This document shows, piece by piece, positions 1-11,298 of a stretch of DNA of 46,717 nt. The notes below the pieces were generated by a model. That model had not been told where the DNA came from, ran no database searches, and saw only the letters and a program-made list of their open reading frames with translations. Both the position numbers and the translations under genes were made by a program. The DNA is taken from positions 1 to 46,717 of the forward strand of contig ADNK01001381.1 in NCBI GenBank assembly GCA_000320545.1, in the 5' to 3' direction. The stretch's first letter is position 1, and each line of letters opens with the position of its first letter. The DNA comes from Bigelowiella natans CCMP2755. Its lineage: Eukaryota; Protista; Cercozoa.

Positions 1-2294
1 ATGTTGCTTGGCTCTATCTTCCCTTCCTTTGCCCATTCATTGATCTGCCACTCTATCTTTTCCCAGTCCGCTTCCGGTCGCCTATGTTCTGGGTCATTGA
101 TGATGCACTCTTCGTATCCCTTCTTTAGCTCGATCTTTACTGGGGTAAGCTTGCTGGAGGGCTTCGTCGTCGGCTTGGTGATGTCAGAGTACTTCTCGTT
201 TAATATTTTATTAATGTACTTTTTGCCTTTGTCGATATCCCAATCATCAGCTGGGGGGGTCTTGTCCAGTAGCTCCGTTATCTGTCGGATGGTCTTGCCG
301 GGGTTCTTCTTCCGTAGCTCGGTAGGTGTAGGTAGCTTGTTGTCCGCTAGGTCCATAAACTCTAACGCATTAACGCTTGACTCAGAGGTCCACTCGTCAA
401 GCCGTATCATGTTCTGGCTGATGGTCCTGCCTGACTTCTTTGGCAACTTAGCAAAGTATATCTTGTGATTGTAGAATGATATGATCCCCCCTAATTTTTC
501 TAGGGCATCCTGTCCGAGGAGTAGTTCCATGGATAAAGTCATGGCTACTCGGGTCTTGATTTGGGTCTCCGCGTCGCTGCCAGGTATCTGTAGCTTTAGC
601 ATTAGCTCACCGACGGTCTTCATGGAAGAGCTTCCGTCTGCTTGAGCATATTTACGTTCTTTCTTAGTCACTTGATCCAATAGTCCTAACCTTCTTACTG
701 TGCTTAGGCTTATGAAGGACTTCGGCATGCTGCCACTATCCCAAAGGGCAGGTAGTTTCTTGTAGTCTCCGTAGCTGTCTTTAACTTTAACCTTGGTCAT
801 AGCAACTTTGATAGTCCTGTTAGCGTCTTCGTCATTAATGTTGCATACTCCTAAGTTCTTTATGTCGTCTAGGGTCATGGGCTTGTCTTGGTCCTGCGTT
901 GCTGGTACTGCTGTCTTCGTCGGCGCCTGCTTAAGGTGATCTAATATTCCGTTTATCTGCTGCTGTATAGCATTGATACTGTTCTGCTTTTTGTTCTTAT
1001 ATTTATTGTTCTTCCCGTTGTTGCTGCCTTGCCATTTGCTGTTGTTATATCCTTGTCCTCTGCCTTTCTTTCTCTTTAACTTCTCGTAGTGTTCGTTGAG
1101 CTGCCTGATCGTCATCCTGGGTCGTCCTTCTTTCCTGTCTCTGCAGTCTTTAGCGGTGTGTTTCCCTTTACGTGAGCAGTATCCGCAACGTCGGTTACCT
1201 TCCCTGTCCTTGTACCAGTCTCGCTGCGGCTTAATAGCGTTAATGTTTCCTATGCCAGGTACCTTAGGGCTGGTAAACTTGCGGTCCTGCTCCTGCTCGC
1301 GTAGGGATATAGCCTGCACTGCTGCCTCCATCGTGGTGTAGCCTTTCTCCGTAACGTAAGTGGATTCCTTTATCTTTAACTTGAACTCTTCAAACCTTGC
1401 CTGATCATCACCTGTGTTGTAATTAAAATCATGTAGTTCGTCGATCATATCCTGGAAGCGCGTGGCAAAGTCTCTAACAGGTTCTCTCTCATGCTGCATC
1501 ATTGCTCTGTATTTTCTAATAGCCTGGGGTAGGGAGTTAGCATCCTGTTCATTTACAAAAGCCTTCATTATCGCCTCAACGTCTCGTAGCCCACTAACTG
1601 TAGTGTGTATTTTCTCTAGCTGCCTGATCCGGGTCCTGCCTGTCTCGTAAAGGTCCATGGCTTGCTTTATTATAGCTAGCCATTTGAGCTTGTCGTTTTC
1701 GGTGGGGTTAGGGGTAAAGTCGCAGAGTATACTCCTAGCGTTCTTCCACCACCTCCTTGCCTCACCTCTTTTCCCGTTGTATTTCGTTATCATAACCGGT
1801 GCTGTTTTAACAGACATGAACTGGGTGTTCCGCTGTACCGGCTGCTGCTGCTTGACGGTGCTCTGGGTCGTCCCCCGCGAGGCGCCCAGACCCCCGTCGT
1901 TCCTAAACAAAGCTGCCCACTCTGGAGGTAAGTCTGCTTCGTAATCCATGATGTCCTGCATGATAGCTGCCCAAACATCATGTGTCTGATACTTGTATTC
2001 TATCGATACTTTCAGTTTGGCGTAGTTGCTCGCCCTGGGTCGCAAGGCTCGTAATGCCATTACGACCTTCTTGCTTTCGGCGGCCACGTCCTCGTCGTCC
2101 GCCTCGTAGAAGTTCTCCAGTGCCTCTGCTGCTGCATCTGCTTTCTTAATCCCGGGTGCTGGTCCCGGCGGTGCCTGTGGAGGTGTTCCTCCTCCTTCCT
2201 TAGCGTCCGTATCGCCCTTCCTTTCCTGTTTCTGCTCGTGCCCTTGCACGGCCTGCGAGCCAAAGTCCTGCTGTTCTTCTAGCTGCTGTGACAT
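1..2294 (-). CDS. Ty3/Gypsy gag-pol polyprotein (Gag, zinc knuckle, aspartic protease, start of RT); continues beyond the left edge
   Basis: Manual translation from ATG 2294 (MSQQLEEQQDFG...). In the same frame: CGYCSRKGKHTAKDC (~1143-1187), the protease motif ALWDSGS (~729-749), LLLGQDAL, and then VKIELK...IEWQINEWAKEGKIEPSN, typical of the Gypsy RT N-terminus. PR directly followed by RT is the Gypsy order. Confidence 0.9.
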   Translation of the reverse strand, partial: MSQQLEEQQDFGSQAVQGHEQKQERKGDTDAKEGGGTPPQAPPGPAPGIKKADAAAEALENFYEADDEDVAAESKKVVMALRALRPRASNYAKLKVSIEYKYQTHDVWAAIMQDIMDYEADLPPEWAALFRNDGGLGASRGTTQSTVKQQQPVQRNTQFMSVKTAPVMITKYNGKRGEARRWWKNARSILCDFTPNPTENDKLKWLAIIKQAMDLYETGRTRIRQLEKIHTTVSGLRDVEAIMKAFVNEQDANSLPQAIRKYRAMMQHEREPVRDFATRFQDMIDELHDFNYNTGDDQARFEEFKLKIKESTYVTEKGYTTMEAAVQAISLREQEQDRKFTSPKVPGIGNINAIKPQRDWYKDREGNRRCGYCSRKGKHTAKDCRDRKEGRPRMTIRQLNEHYEKLKRKKGRGQGYNNSKWQGSNNGKNNKYKNKKQNSINAIQQQINGILDHLKQAPTKTAVPATQDQDKPMTLDDIKNLGVCNINDEDANRTIKVAMTKVKVKDSYGDYKKLPALWDSGSMPKSFISLSTVRRLGLLDQVTKKERKYAQADGSSSMKTVGELMLKLQIPGSDAETQIKTRVAMTLSMELLLGQDALEKLGGIISFYNHKIYFAKLPKKSGRTISQNMIRLDEWTSESSVNALEFMDLADNKLPTPTELRKKNPGKTIRQITELLDKTPPADDWDIDKGKKYINKILNEKYSDITKPTTKPSSKLTPVKIELKKGYEECIINDPEHRRPEADWEKIEWQINEWAKEGKIEPSN

Positions 2295-2310
2295 TGTTAG
2301 TCAAATCGTT

Positions 2311-2328
2311 TCCCGTGTGTGGAAGCCA
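2311..2328 (-). promoter_or_regulatory. Putative primer-binding site (TGGCTTCCACACACGGGA)
   Basis: TGG starts 5 nt after the LTR end. Its complement reads ...TCCCGTGTGTGGAAG-CCA, like a tRNA 3' end. The cognate tRNA was not determined. Confidence 0.55.
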
Positions 2329-2333
2329 AAGGT

Positions 2334-2659
2334 TGTTGCGCGTAAGGTGTTCACAGGCCGAGGCGCTACGTGCACAAGTAGGCAGGGGGGGGGAAAGGCA
2401 CGTTTGCTTCCTTTTGAAGAGTTGTGTTTATTTTTATTAAAGATTATATTTTTATTAAATCGTGCACTGCGTAATCATTCGCGAAGCTTTCGCGAATGCC
2501 GCCGCACGTGGGGCAGCACACTTCCGGTGTGCTGCCATGAGTCCCGCCGGAACCCACGTGCCTATGCTGTATTAATATCTACGTTATCTATATTCTATAT
2601 CCGCGACAACCCCTTTGTTGTCGCACGTGACTTGTGCCCGCGTAGTGGTACGCGCTACA
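2334..2659 (-). mobile_element. 5' LTR (~326 bp) of a Ty3/Gypsy retrotransposon
   Basis: On the minus strand it begins TGTAGCGCGTA (2659) and ends TACGCGCAACA (2334): TG...CA ends with a 10/11 terminal inverted repeat. It is followed by a PBS-like TGG and the gag ATG. Homology of the flank to a repeat at 5536-5591 stops exactly at 2660. Confidence 0.75.
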
Positions 2660-2715
2660 CGGCTACAGCGCTCATGTTGTGTCTGTTTGTTCCTGCCACA
2701 ATGTGTTTCATACAT
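2660..2715 (+). repeat. 56-bp dispersed repeat, copy 1 (LTR insertion flank)
   Basis: About 50/56 identical to the reverse complement of 5536-5591. Confidence 0.85.
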
Positions 2716-3292
2716 GTGAGTCGTCATTGCGTTGTGCAGTCGTGCACAGCGCGGCAAGACATGATTGTGCGCACTCACGTGTGTGCCAGCATGCTGGCAT
2801 GGTTAGACCGTGCAGAGCGCACAGCAGCACAACATCCACAAGCAGTCGGCGAATGCATCATTTGCACGATCTAGCGATCATGCTAGCATGCCAGCATGTC
2901 GACATGATGATGAGCTAACACAAGACGGCGGAGCGGCATCTGCTTCAGTTTTCTTTGTCTATCGGTCGACTTTCACATCATCTGATGATGAATGAATGAA
3001 GAGTTTTCATTTTCATGGTTCAATCGAAGAGATCGATCGCCGGGACAGGCTGATGACCATGCACATCGCCGATCCAGCCAGATTTAAAAGATCGGTGGAC
3101 AAAATCCTTGTCGCAACAGTGAATTGTCCCCACATTTACCTGCCAATTTAATTTCCCTTCTGAGTACCTCTGCAACGATTTACGGAAAATTGGTGCTGTG
3201 TTTTGGGGGGGGGAGGTAGCTCCAAGTACTGAGGAAAAGAACACAGCACGGAAGGGCGGAGGCAGCAATACGAGTAGGCGCAGTCTGCACCC

Positions 3293-5104
3293 ATGGGGTT
3301 GCTGGCGGGCGCCGTAAGCCTCATAGCGCAAACGACCATTGCAATCGCTCCTCCCATTCGCCGAATAATGCCTCTTCGCGGATGCTGTCATCCATTAGCT
3401 GTGGTTATAAGTCCCAAGAAGCACTACAGAAAAGACAGCAGAGGGAGCGATAAGGCAAGCGTTTCGACGACCGGAAACTTCAGAAAGAGACTATCATCTC
3501 TGCACCGGCGCTCTCTGGAGACTCAATGCAATTCCGATTTGATTCCATGGCGGGACAACATCGAGCCTGGATGTTATCATGATTTCGTTAGTTCTCGCCC
3601 TTGGCATTCCATAGACGATTTTTATGCGAAGCTTATCAGGGGTAACCCGGAAGCTGTGGACCTCGGGTAAGTATCATCATCCGAGGATCACCTTATCGAT
3701 CACCATAAGCCAGATCGGCACTCCTTACAAACAGCCATATGGAAAGAGAGAGGAAGTGAGAGAGGGAGAGAGATGAGGGAGAGGAGGAAAGTTAAAAAAA
3801 GAAGAGGACATTTAGAACCGATTAGCAGGTTAGGAAATTCATACCTTTCCAAACTAAAAGCTTTCTGGCCAAGCCCAACTTCCCTACGGACAAGCCAAGG
3901 CCTCAAAACAAACAAACGAAGGCCATGTACTATGTCCTTGGGATCGCATACGACGGTCTGAACTATAGTTACTGTTCCCATTCGTGTAGATAACTTTGAT
4001 GTGTCTTTTACCAGGTAGCGCATATGAATCCTTCGCACTGAATCGCAAAATAGATTCTGTTGTAGGCCGAATAAAGACGCAGATGAGAGCTTGCTTTGGT
4101 AAAAGCTGGCAGATTATGGTGTCAGGCCGCACAGACAGGGGCGTTCATGGCTGGGGACAGGTACACCACCGTGTGCGTGCGTATGTGAATAATAGCTAGA
4201 CGAATCCATCATATAATTTTTTTTTTCTTAATGGCCTTCTCGCCGGACAGATTTTGTCCTTCAAAACCCCAGACGATCTGGATTTGGACGCGCTCGCAAA
4301 GGCCATCTACGCAGACAGCGATGGGAAAATACGGGTGTGGAACTCGGCGAGGTTTTTCAGGTTGCGCCCGGTTGCAGATGACTCGGTGACGGGAATAGAT
4401 GACGGCTGTTTGTATGATTGATGCCCTCAGGAGCTTCAGCGCTTGGAGTGATACCAAGTGGAGAGAATACGTGTACTTGTTTCCTCTCACGGATACAGAA
4501 GTAGAGCGAAAACACCAGGTTTTTGTGAGACATTCGTGCGAATATATCTTCATGATAAACTTGAGTTTTCCAAGCTGAGCATCCATCTCTCAGATCTGTG
4601 GCTCGGCACAGAAACTCTTTGATACGGTGTTGAATAAGAGCCTCTCCTACGATGCTTTCGCGCGCCGAGTGAAGCAGCGGCCAGACCCCGATGGAAAGGA
4701 TCTGTGCACCCTTTATGAGGCGGAGGTGAGTGCGGTGGATCTTGGGGGTGGCACGACAGCCATACGCATCCGGCTGCGGGGGAATCGATTTCTGAGGTAG
4801 AGTTGACGATATCGAGGCACAGCTGATGCTTGACGTTTTGGGGAGCTTACGAGGGTATTTCACTGTTTTATTACGGCTCAGGCAAATGGTCAGGGTCCTC
4901 GTAGGAACGGTGATGTGGGACGCCTGTGGGAACCCCTGGGTTTGGAGCGATATCCCGGAACTAGCCGGAATGCGTCCAAGCTCACTGCTCACACGCCTCT
5001 CTGCAACGCACAATCGAACGTTCACAGCGCCGCCTGCACCTCCCAATGGCCTGGCGCTGGCTTCTGTTGACTATGGAAACGACGACTACGAGGGTAGCTC
5101 CTAG
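3293..5104 (+). CDS. truA: tRNA pseudouridine synthase A family (TruA/Pus1-like), multi-exon
   Basis: Exon peptides YYVLGIAYDG, SGRTDRGVHGWGQ (catalytic Asp motif), WREYVYLFP, IRLRGNRFLR|QMVRVLVGT and TAPPAPPNGLALASVDY, separated by GT-AG introns. The start codon is uncertain; the N-terminus may be a targeting peptide. Confidence 0.9.
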
Positions 5105-5489
5105 CTAGCTAGACTAGTAGAGCAGAACGATGTTGTAGCTAGCAGGTAGCTTGCACTGCACGTCGAGAGTCGTAAAAGTTGCGTACTATACATGTTGCGC
5201 AATCGAGTGTTGTCGGATCGCGCATACATACGTTAAGAGGCCGATTGAAATTCTATAGCTCGCTATTTGCTGCTGTAAGGTTGGACTAAAATTCTGAGCT
5301 GTAGTTCCGAATATTAAGTTATCAAAGCGCGCGTGCATAGTGCGACTAGTAACAATGTGTGCTAATTTAGTTGAAGATGTGAGTGAGCAAAGCAAATTCT
5401 AACGCGGATGCCTCCAGCTGTTTCTTCAATATATACTGTGCGCTTGCGACTGAGTTGATAGGATCTATCATGTACAACATATTTTATAT

Positions 5490-5535
<46 letters not shown>

Positions 5536-5540
<5 letters not shown>

Positions 5541-5591
5541 TGAAACACATTGTGGCAGAAACCAACAGATGCAACATTAGCGCTGTAGCCG
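5536..5591 (-). repeat. 56-bp dispersed repeat, copy 2 (inverted relative to copy 1)
   Basis: Reverse complement matches 2660-2715. It lies next to a (TA)n tract. Confidence 0.85.
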
Positions 5592-5651
5592 CTGCATTGC
5601 ACAGCTACATCAGGATGACCATTGGAAAAATTTAATTCTTCATCACATCCG

Positions 5652-5691
<40 letters not shown>

Positions 5692-6040
5692 TAGCTCGAA
5701 GTCATTCTCGTTGCTGTAAAGCAGCGCCATCCGCCATGCACGTACGTATGAAGACGACCAGCTGTCGGTCACATAATGTATTTCTGATATTATTACATCC
5801 GAAAAGGGCATCATATGCCATATATACAGAGGTACGAATGTTCGTCTATTTCTATCGTAGTGACTATATAGCAAATGCTGCCTGCGTGTCCATTCTTTAT
5901 GCAAAAAGCTACTGGCCATGTCGTAATCAGTGACTCCAAAGTCCGAATTCCATGGAAGCTATATGCACATTGAAGTAGGCTGAAGGACGGCACTGAAAAT
6001 AGGGTTGCTACGTCTACCAATGACAGTGGCGCCGGTTCTG

Positions 6041-7431
6041 CTATGCAAAGCTCTCTACAATCTTGGATAGAATTTCTCTGCGATTTTCTTCCCGCTGGTA
6101 TGAGTTCCCGCCCATGAGAGGTACCTTGACACCCCTGAGAGCCACATGATACGAATTGGGCGAGAGCTTGGTCGCAATCTGGTCAGCAATTACAAGTGAC
6201 TCCTGCTGCTCCAATTTCACAGTAGTGGCCATTCCCCTCGGAAGATGAAGAGTTCCTGTGACAGAAAGTGCCCAACGATCTTTGTGGACCTTCATTTCTC
6301 TCCATTCAACATCCTTTGCTTGCCACTGGCAAGCCCGACCGGTTTTCATTGCAAATTCATTGAATGGTGCATCACGATAGTTCCAATTATGTACGCCGCC
6401 AATCGGCATGCCGAAGTACGGGGACTGTTTACCATCCTTTTCCACGAAAATCTTGGTCTTACCTTTTTGATGTCGGAGCTGGATGTTGTGTTCCCTTGCA
6501 AGCTCTATTCGTTGTTGCCGCTCGAATTCATTATCATCGAGGCACATTCGCAGCAATACCTTTTTCTTCTTTGTCTCAGTCTTGAACATCTTCGCACCAG
6601 TGCAGCCATAGGAGAATTTGTTCGAACTGTTGAGGAAATTAGGTTTGCCTCTATCTTCTGGCTGCCGATGTGCATTGTCTGGCTTCGGAGATGGATCGCA
6701 TTTTCCCTGGGCGATTCGGAACTTATCAAGATCAATTCTAAATGTGTAAGAACCTTTATTCTTTCCATTGAGATCGAGGGTAGGTTTCATAGTCTTCTTC
6801 GCGACGAAAAACCAGTGCCACTGGGAATGAGCCTAGGTATTAAACGTGATATTAGTGATTTATAGAAATGGGAACACTGTGCATGCTAAACATATAGGAT
6901 GGGACGTTGGGAAAGAATCAATGAGCAGACCTTTGGTGCAAAGCCGTAGTGGAGCTGCTTGGGGTTCTCTTTGTCTTTTATGGTATCATAATCGATGATG
7001 GATGCATCGGCGCTGAATTTAGAAACAATGGAACCCATATGTTGACTGGAAAGTGCCAAGCGCTTCGTTGTATCAACAACTCCTTTATAGATGTCGGTTG
7101 ATGGGCAAAGCTTAGCTTTTATCTTTGAAGTTACATCGCTTGGAAGAACAGCAACTTGATCCAAAATGTTGGATTTCATCCGCTCCATTTTTTTCGAGTC
7201 CGCCTGCTTCAATGGCTCGGGCTCACTCTCCATTTGCCCTCCCTCAGCCATGCCTTTGATTGCTCCGCACATGCCACAGAATTGTTGGTGATTCTGGTTC
7301 ATACTAAAGCTGCATTTTAGACAGCCCCATTCCCCCGGCGAGGAAGTGACGCTCTCAGAAAATAGGTTACTCCGGGAACAATTTACGGCGACAGCGTGCT
7401 GGGTGTTGCTTGCCATCATCATCATCATCAT
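6041..7431 (-). CDS. Hypothetical protein with an N-terminal RanBP2-type zinc finger; two exons
   Basis: WGCLKCSFSMNQNHQQFCGMCG fits W-x-C-x2-C-x4-N-x6-C-x2-C. A phase-0 intron (~6833-6930) joins ...YGFAPK|AHSQWHWFFVAKKTMKP in frame with the 249-aa ORF. Confidence 0.7.
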
Positions 7432-7959
7432 ATTCTGCTGCTGTTACTGTTGAGGTGTGACACTGTTGTTAGCAAGACAAAAGATACGCCCTCCCATCCC
7501 CTTCTGCATCCGTCTGGCAGCACTTAGCGTAAGGGTTTCCTCCTCATCCTGCTGAGAGTCCAGTTTCAAGGTTCTTCTCGCTTCCGCAGTTCCTTTCTCA
7601 TGCCGAGGAGTAAGAAAAGAAACACATGCCGTCTCAAGGTCGCGACGTAGCCTTCTGATGCAATTAGCAGAAAATCCCTATTTTCTCAGAAATCCCGTGA
7701 AATATCGTAGAAAAGTTGCCCGGCTACAATGGGATGCGGTAGGCGACGTAGCACACACTCGTGGGAGGAACGCCCTTCGTTCCTCCCCAGCGACATAAAA
7801 TCTCGCTCAAGCACGAAAAAAAACTCTGTGATCCGGGGAACTGTCCCACGGGAAGGAGGCTAAAAACGCCGGGGGTTTCGTTGTGAATATATGGGAAGAG
7901 TCTGTCTTTAGGTAAAAACTACCTACAAAACTACGTGTAGACACTTTTTAGAACACAAA

Positions 7960-9342
7960 ATGTCGATCGCACCTATGTCACGCGTTATGAAGGGGGGTTT
8001 GCGCTCTCAGGGCTTCATTGTGAGGGCGGGGGGAGCGCTGAATAAGCACCGCTTCTTCTCCACAAGCCTTAGCGTAGACCAGCTTAAGGGAGAAACAGTT
8101 GGCGTGTGCGTTTCCGGGGGTCTTGATAGCCGCACGGTCTCCTCACGCCTGCAGGAGGCAGGGGCCAAGGTCATAGGGTTCTGTGCTGACCTCGATCAAC
8201 CCGATGAGGAGGACATCATGGACGTCAAGACGAAAATGGCACCATGCGGTGTAGATACATTCATCGTCGATCTCAAGGACGACATCGCTGAGATGGCCTT
8301 CGAGGTGATCAAGGCGCAGGCGCGCTATGACGGGGGGTACTGGAATACGACCGGTCTCGCGCGCGCCGTCACCGTGAGGGGACTCTTGGACGAGATGCAG
8401 CGACAGGGCTGCACGGTGCTTTCCCATGGGGCCACCGGAAGGGGAAACGACCAGATTCGCTTCGAGCGCTACACGAATGTTCTCAGCCCCGGCTTCAAGG
8501 TGTACGCGCCATGGCGAGACCCAGCGCTCCTCAAGGAGTTCCCCGGCCGCAAACAGATGGCGGACTACCTCATGTCGAAGGGAATCGAGGCTTCCGTGGG
8601 AGCTAAGAAGCGGTACTCTACCGACGCGAACCTGGCTGGGCTATCGCACGAGGCGGAGGACCTCGAGTTCCTGACGACATCTTCGCGAATCGTCGAGCCG
8701 ATGATGACGTGCTGGCCGGAGGACGCCCCCGACTCCGTGGAGAAGGTTAGCATCACGTTCAGTGAAGGATTCGCACACATTATCAACGGAAAGGAGCTCT
8801 CGCCGCTCGAGATGATGCGCGAGGCGAACAAGATCGGCGGGCGCAACGGCCTGGGCATGTCCAACGCCATGGAGAATCGCGTGATCGGGACGAAGTCGCG
8901 CGGCGTGTACGAGGCTCCAGGCATGGATCTTCTTGGCTACGCCCTCTCCCAGGTCTATCAAACCGTCTTAGACAAGCGCTCGAGCGACCTCTTCGCGCAG
9001 CTGTCGCGATTCGTTTCAGGCCAGATCTACGACGGGCGCTACTTCGACCCCTCCACGCGTGCCGCGCTGACGGCTATCGATATGCTTGCATCTCGCGCGT
9101 CGGGCAAGGTTGACATCAGCTTGTATAAAGGAACGGCCTTCATCGACAGCATCACAGATGTGCCTCACAGCTTGTACGTGGAGGAGTTCGCATCGATGGA
9201 AGCAGACGAGGGGGAGCAGGAGGGCCTGGACCCCAGCAGCGCGCAAGGCTTTGTTGAGGTGCAACGCTGCGAGGCTATCGCACTCGCTAAGGCCGGCCAC
9301 ATCCAGGCCAGACGCAAGATTGGTACGGATGGGGAGGACTAA
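7960..9342 (+). CDS. argG: Argininosuccinate synthase, intronless, with an N-terminal mitochondrial-type presequence
   Basis: Motifs SGGLDS, SHGATGRGNDQIRF, YSTDANL and ENRVIGTKSRGVYEAPG. The first ~38 aa are Arg/Ser-rich and lack acidic residues. Confidence 0.95.
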   Translation: MSIAPMSRVMKGGLRSQGFIVRAGGALNKHRFFSTSLSVDQLKGETVGVCVSGGLDSRTVSSRLQEAGAKVIGFCADLDQPDEEDIMDVKTKMAPCGVDTFIVDLKDDIAEMAFEVIKAQARYDGGYWNTTGLARAVTVRGLLDEMQRQGCTVLSHGATGRGNDQIRFERYTNVLSPGFKVYAPWRDPALLKEFPGRKQMADYLMSKGIEASVGAKKRYSTDANLAGLSHEAEDLEFLTTSSRIVEPMMTCWPEDAPDSVEKVSITFSEGFAHIINGKELSPLEMMREANKIGGRNGLGMSNAMENRVIGTKSRGVYEAPGMDLLGYALSQVYQTVLDKRSSDLFAQLSRFVSGQIYDGRYFDPSTRAALTAIDMLASRASGKVDISLYKGTAFIDSITDVPHSLYVEEFASMEADEGEQEGLDPSSAQGFVEVQRCEAIALAKAGHIQARRKIGTDGED

Positions 9343-10655
9343 TGAAGTGGAGAGTGGGGTGGTAGCAGTTTCGGAGTAGTAGCGGTAGAGAGGTAGTTGT
9401 AGTTGTAGTCGTCGTCGTGGTAATGGTGTCCTCACGTGCTCCACCAAGTTGCTGTAGCAGTGCGTATAGGCGGGCCAAGGCCGTAGAGGTGCAGTGACAT
9501 TGTAGATTGAATGGGAGAAGGGAGAACAGATTGCCAAAAGTACGATGTCGACGTGTTAATTAAAGAGCAGGAAGCGATGCGAATGGTAATGCCAACGCAG
9601 TTATTCGTAAATTGTGATCATCGCACACTGCCCTGTGTGTATATACGTAATGTGAATCATGCGATTCACTTGACATGTCTACTCGGCTGTCCGAGCACAG
9701 TGTGCAGTAGTATCGTAGTGGATGCTGTCGCGCGTACAAAGACACTTGGCCACGCTAGCACGTACTAATAGCGCTGTATCACAGCGCCACAGATCGATAT
9801 CGATCTGTTACTACTACCAGCAGACACGACTAGACGAAACGCGCTGCACAGAGGCGCCACGCTGCGGCGGCTACGCTGAATGCTAAAACGCAGCTTGCTG
9901 ACTTGGTGGGGGGGGGGAAATCTTGTGCTACATATCCATGCATAGCAAAGGAATAAAGTCAATGCAGTCAGCTCTAGCTGGCAGCTTTTGCAATGTAGTC
10001 TTTGTGATTATAGACATGCAATATGATATACATAATATATATACCATATTGCTGTGTTTATTATTGTGTGATTATGGGTGCATGCTTTAAGCGGCGCTGC
10101 TAGCACCCCGCTCAAAATTATTTAGAGTCTGATTATTTCGCAACATACGTAATGTATCCATGTAGTCGTACGCGATGCAATGCTCGTCTATCACTCTCGT
10201 TCGTGCCACGCAACCAAAATGCGCAAAATCCTGTTTATGCCTAGAGACTTTTTGTCTATAGTAATACATCGTAAACATGCGTGATCGAATGCACACGTAC
10301 ACGATTAGCGTCCTATTGTGAGTATAAATTGTGGGAGGCGCTTAACTAGCGAATGTCAATATTATTAAAAACAATACGCAATTGAATTTACAGGGAAAAT
10401 CGCACACTGGACCTGTAGTAGTGCTGCACCTATCTAATCTTCCCGGAGCTCCCACATTGTCAGTGTTATGGGTGTGAAGTCGCTCGCAATTGACTCAAAC
10501 ACCTTGTCCCAGTTCTCTCTTAGTTCCATCCAGCCCTGTGAAAGTACATTGTACTAAAATTAAACGCATAATACCTGTACAATTTTACTCCGATAACAAC
10601 TATCGAATATAAGGGAAATCTGTTACTCTTTTAATAGAGAGAGCGAGAGAGAGAG

Positions 10656-10699
<44 letters not shown>

Positions 10700-11118
10700 G
10701 AGGGGGCTACTCGATGATCTTGTAATGCATACCTGTATATCTCCTGCCTTATCATTCTCTTCCTCCCCCTCCAAAGAACCCGTCATGACTATCTTTCTCC
10801 CTCCTCTAAGTAGTAAGAGCACGTGTAGTGGTGCGTGTGTGAAAAAGGGCGGGGCAGATTTGCTGCACCGACGCGCGCGCAGACACACATATTAATCCGG
10901 TTATTGTTCGTTCGTTGCCTCTGTTTGAACGCCTCTATAGTCCTTCCCAATTGCGACTTAAGCGTAGGCGGCATGAAGCAGAGCAGCGTGCACCCTGAGC
11001 AAAGGCAAGGTGGGGGATATTAGAGTGGAACTCCAAGCGGTGGGTGCATGATTCGAGGCCAACCATGATGGAAGTACACTCCTCCTCGCGCAGCGGGGGC
11101 GAGATGACTACTTGCTCA

Positions 11119-11253
11119 CTACCGACCCGTGCAGTTGGGATGCTGCTTTTCGATGTATTGAAGAGAGGCCATCTGATCGATTGGAATGTATGGCTCCTAC
11201 GTTTGACAAGATAATTCGCAGACCGTAGATGAGGTGGCGTCAGATGATGAATA

Positions 11254-11298
<45 letters not shown>

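Noticed and set aside
1-1944. Plus-strand ORFs 1-468, 1096-1341, 1462-1650 and 1657-1944
   Set aside because: Antisense shadows of the gag-pol ORF.
7444-7446. Alternative genetic code (TAA=Gln), suggested by CAA CAG TAA CAG CAG upstream of the zinc-finger ORF and by the TAA in an ankyrin exon
   Set aside because: argG, PYROXD2 and the ankyrin gene end at TAA at the expected positions, and the long ORFs contain no internal TAA/TAG.
8143-8961. Overlapping alternative-frame and antisense ORFs inside argG (similarly inside aminopeptidase P and the MFS gene)
   Set aside because: Expected by-products of GC3-rich coding sequence; no motifs.
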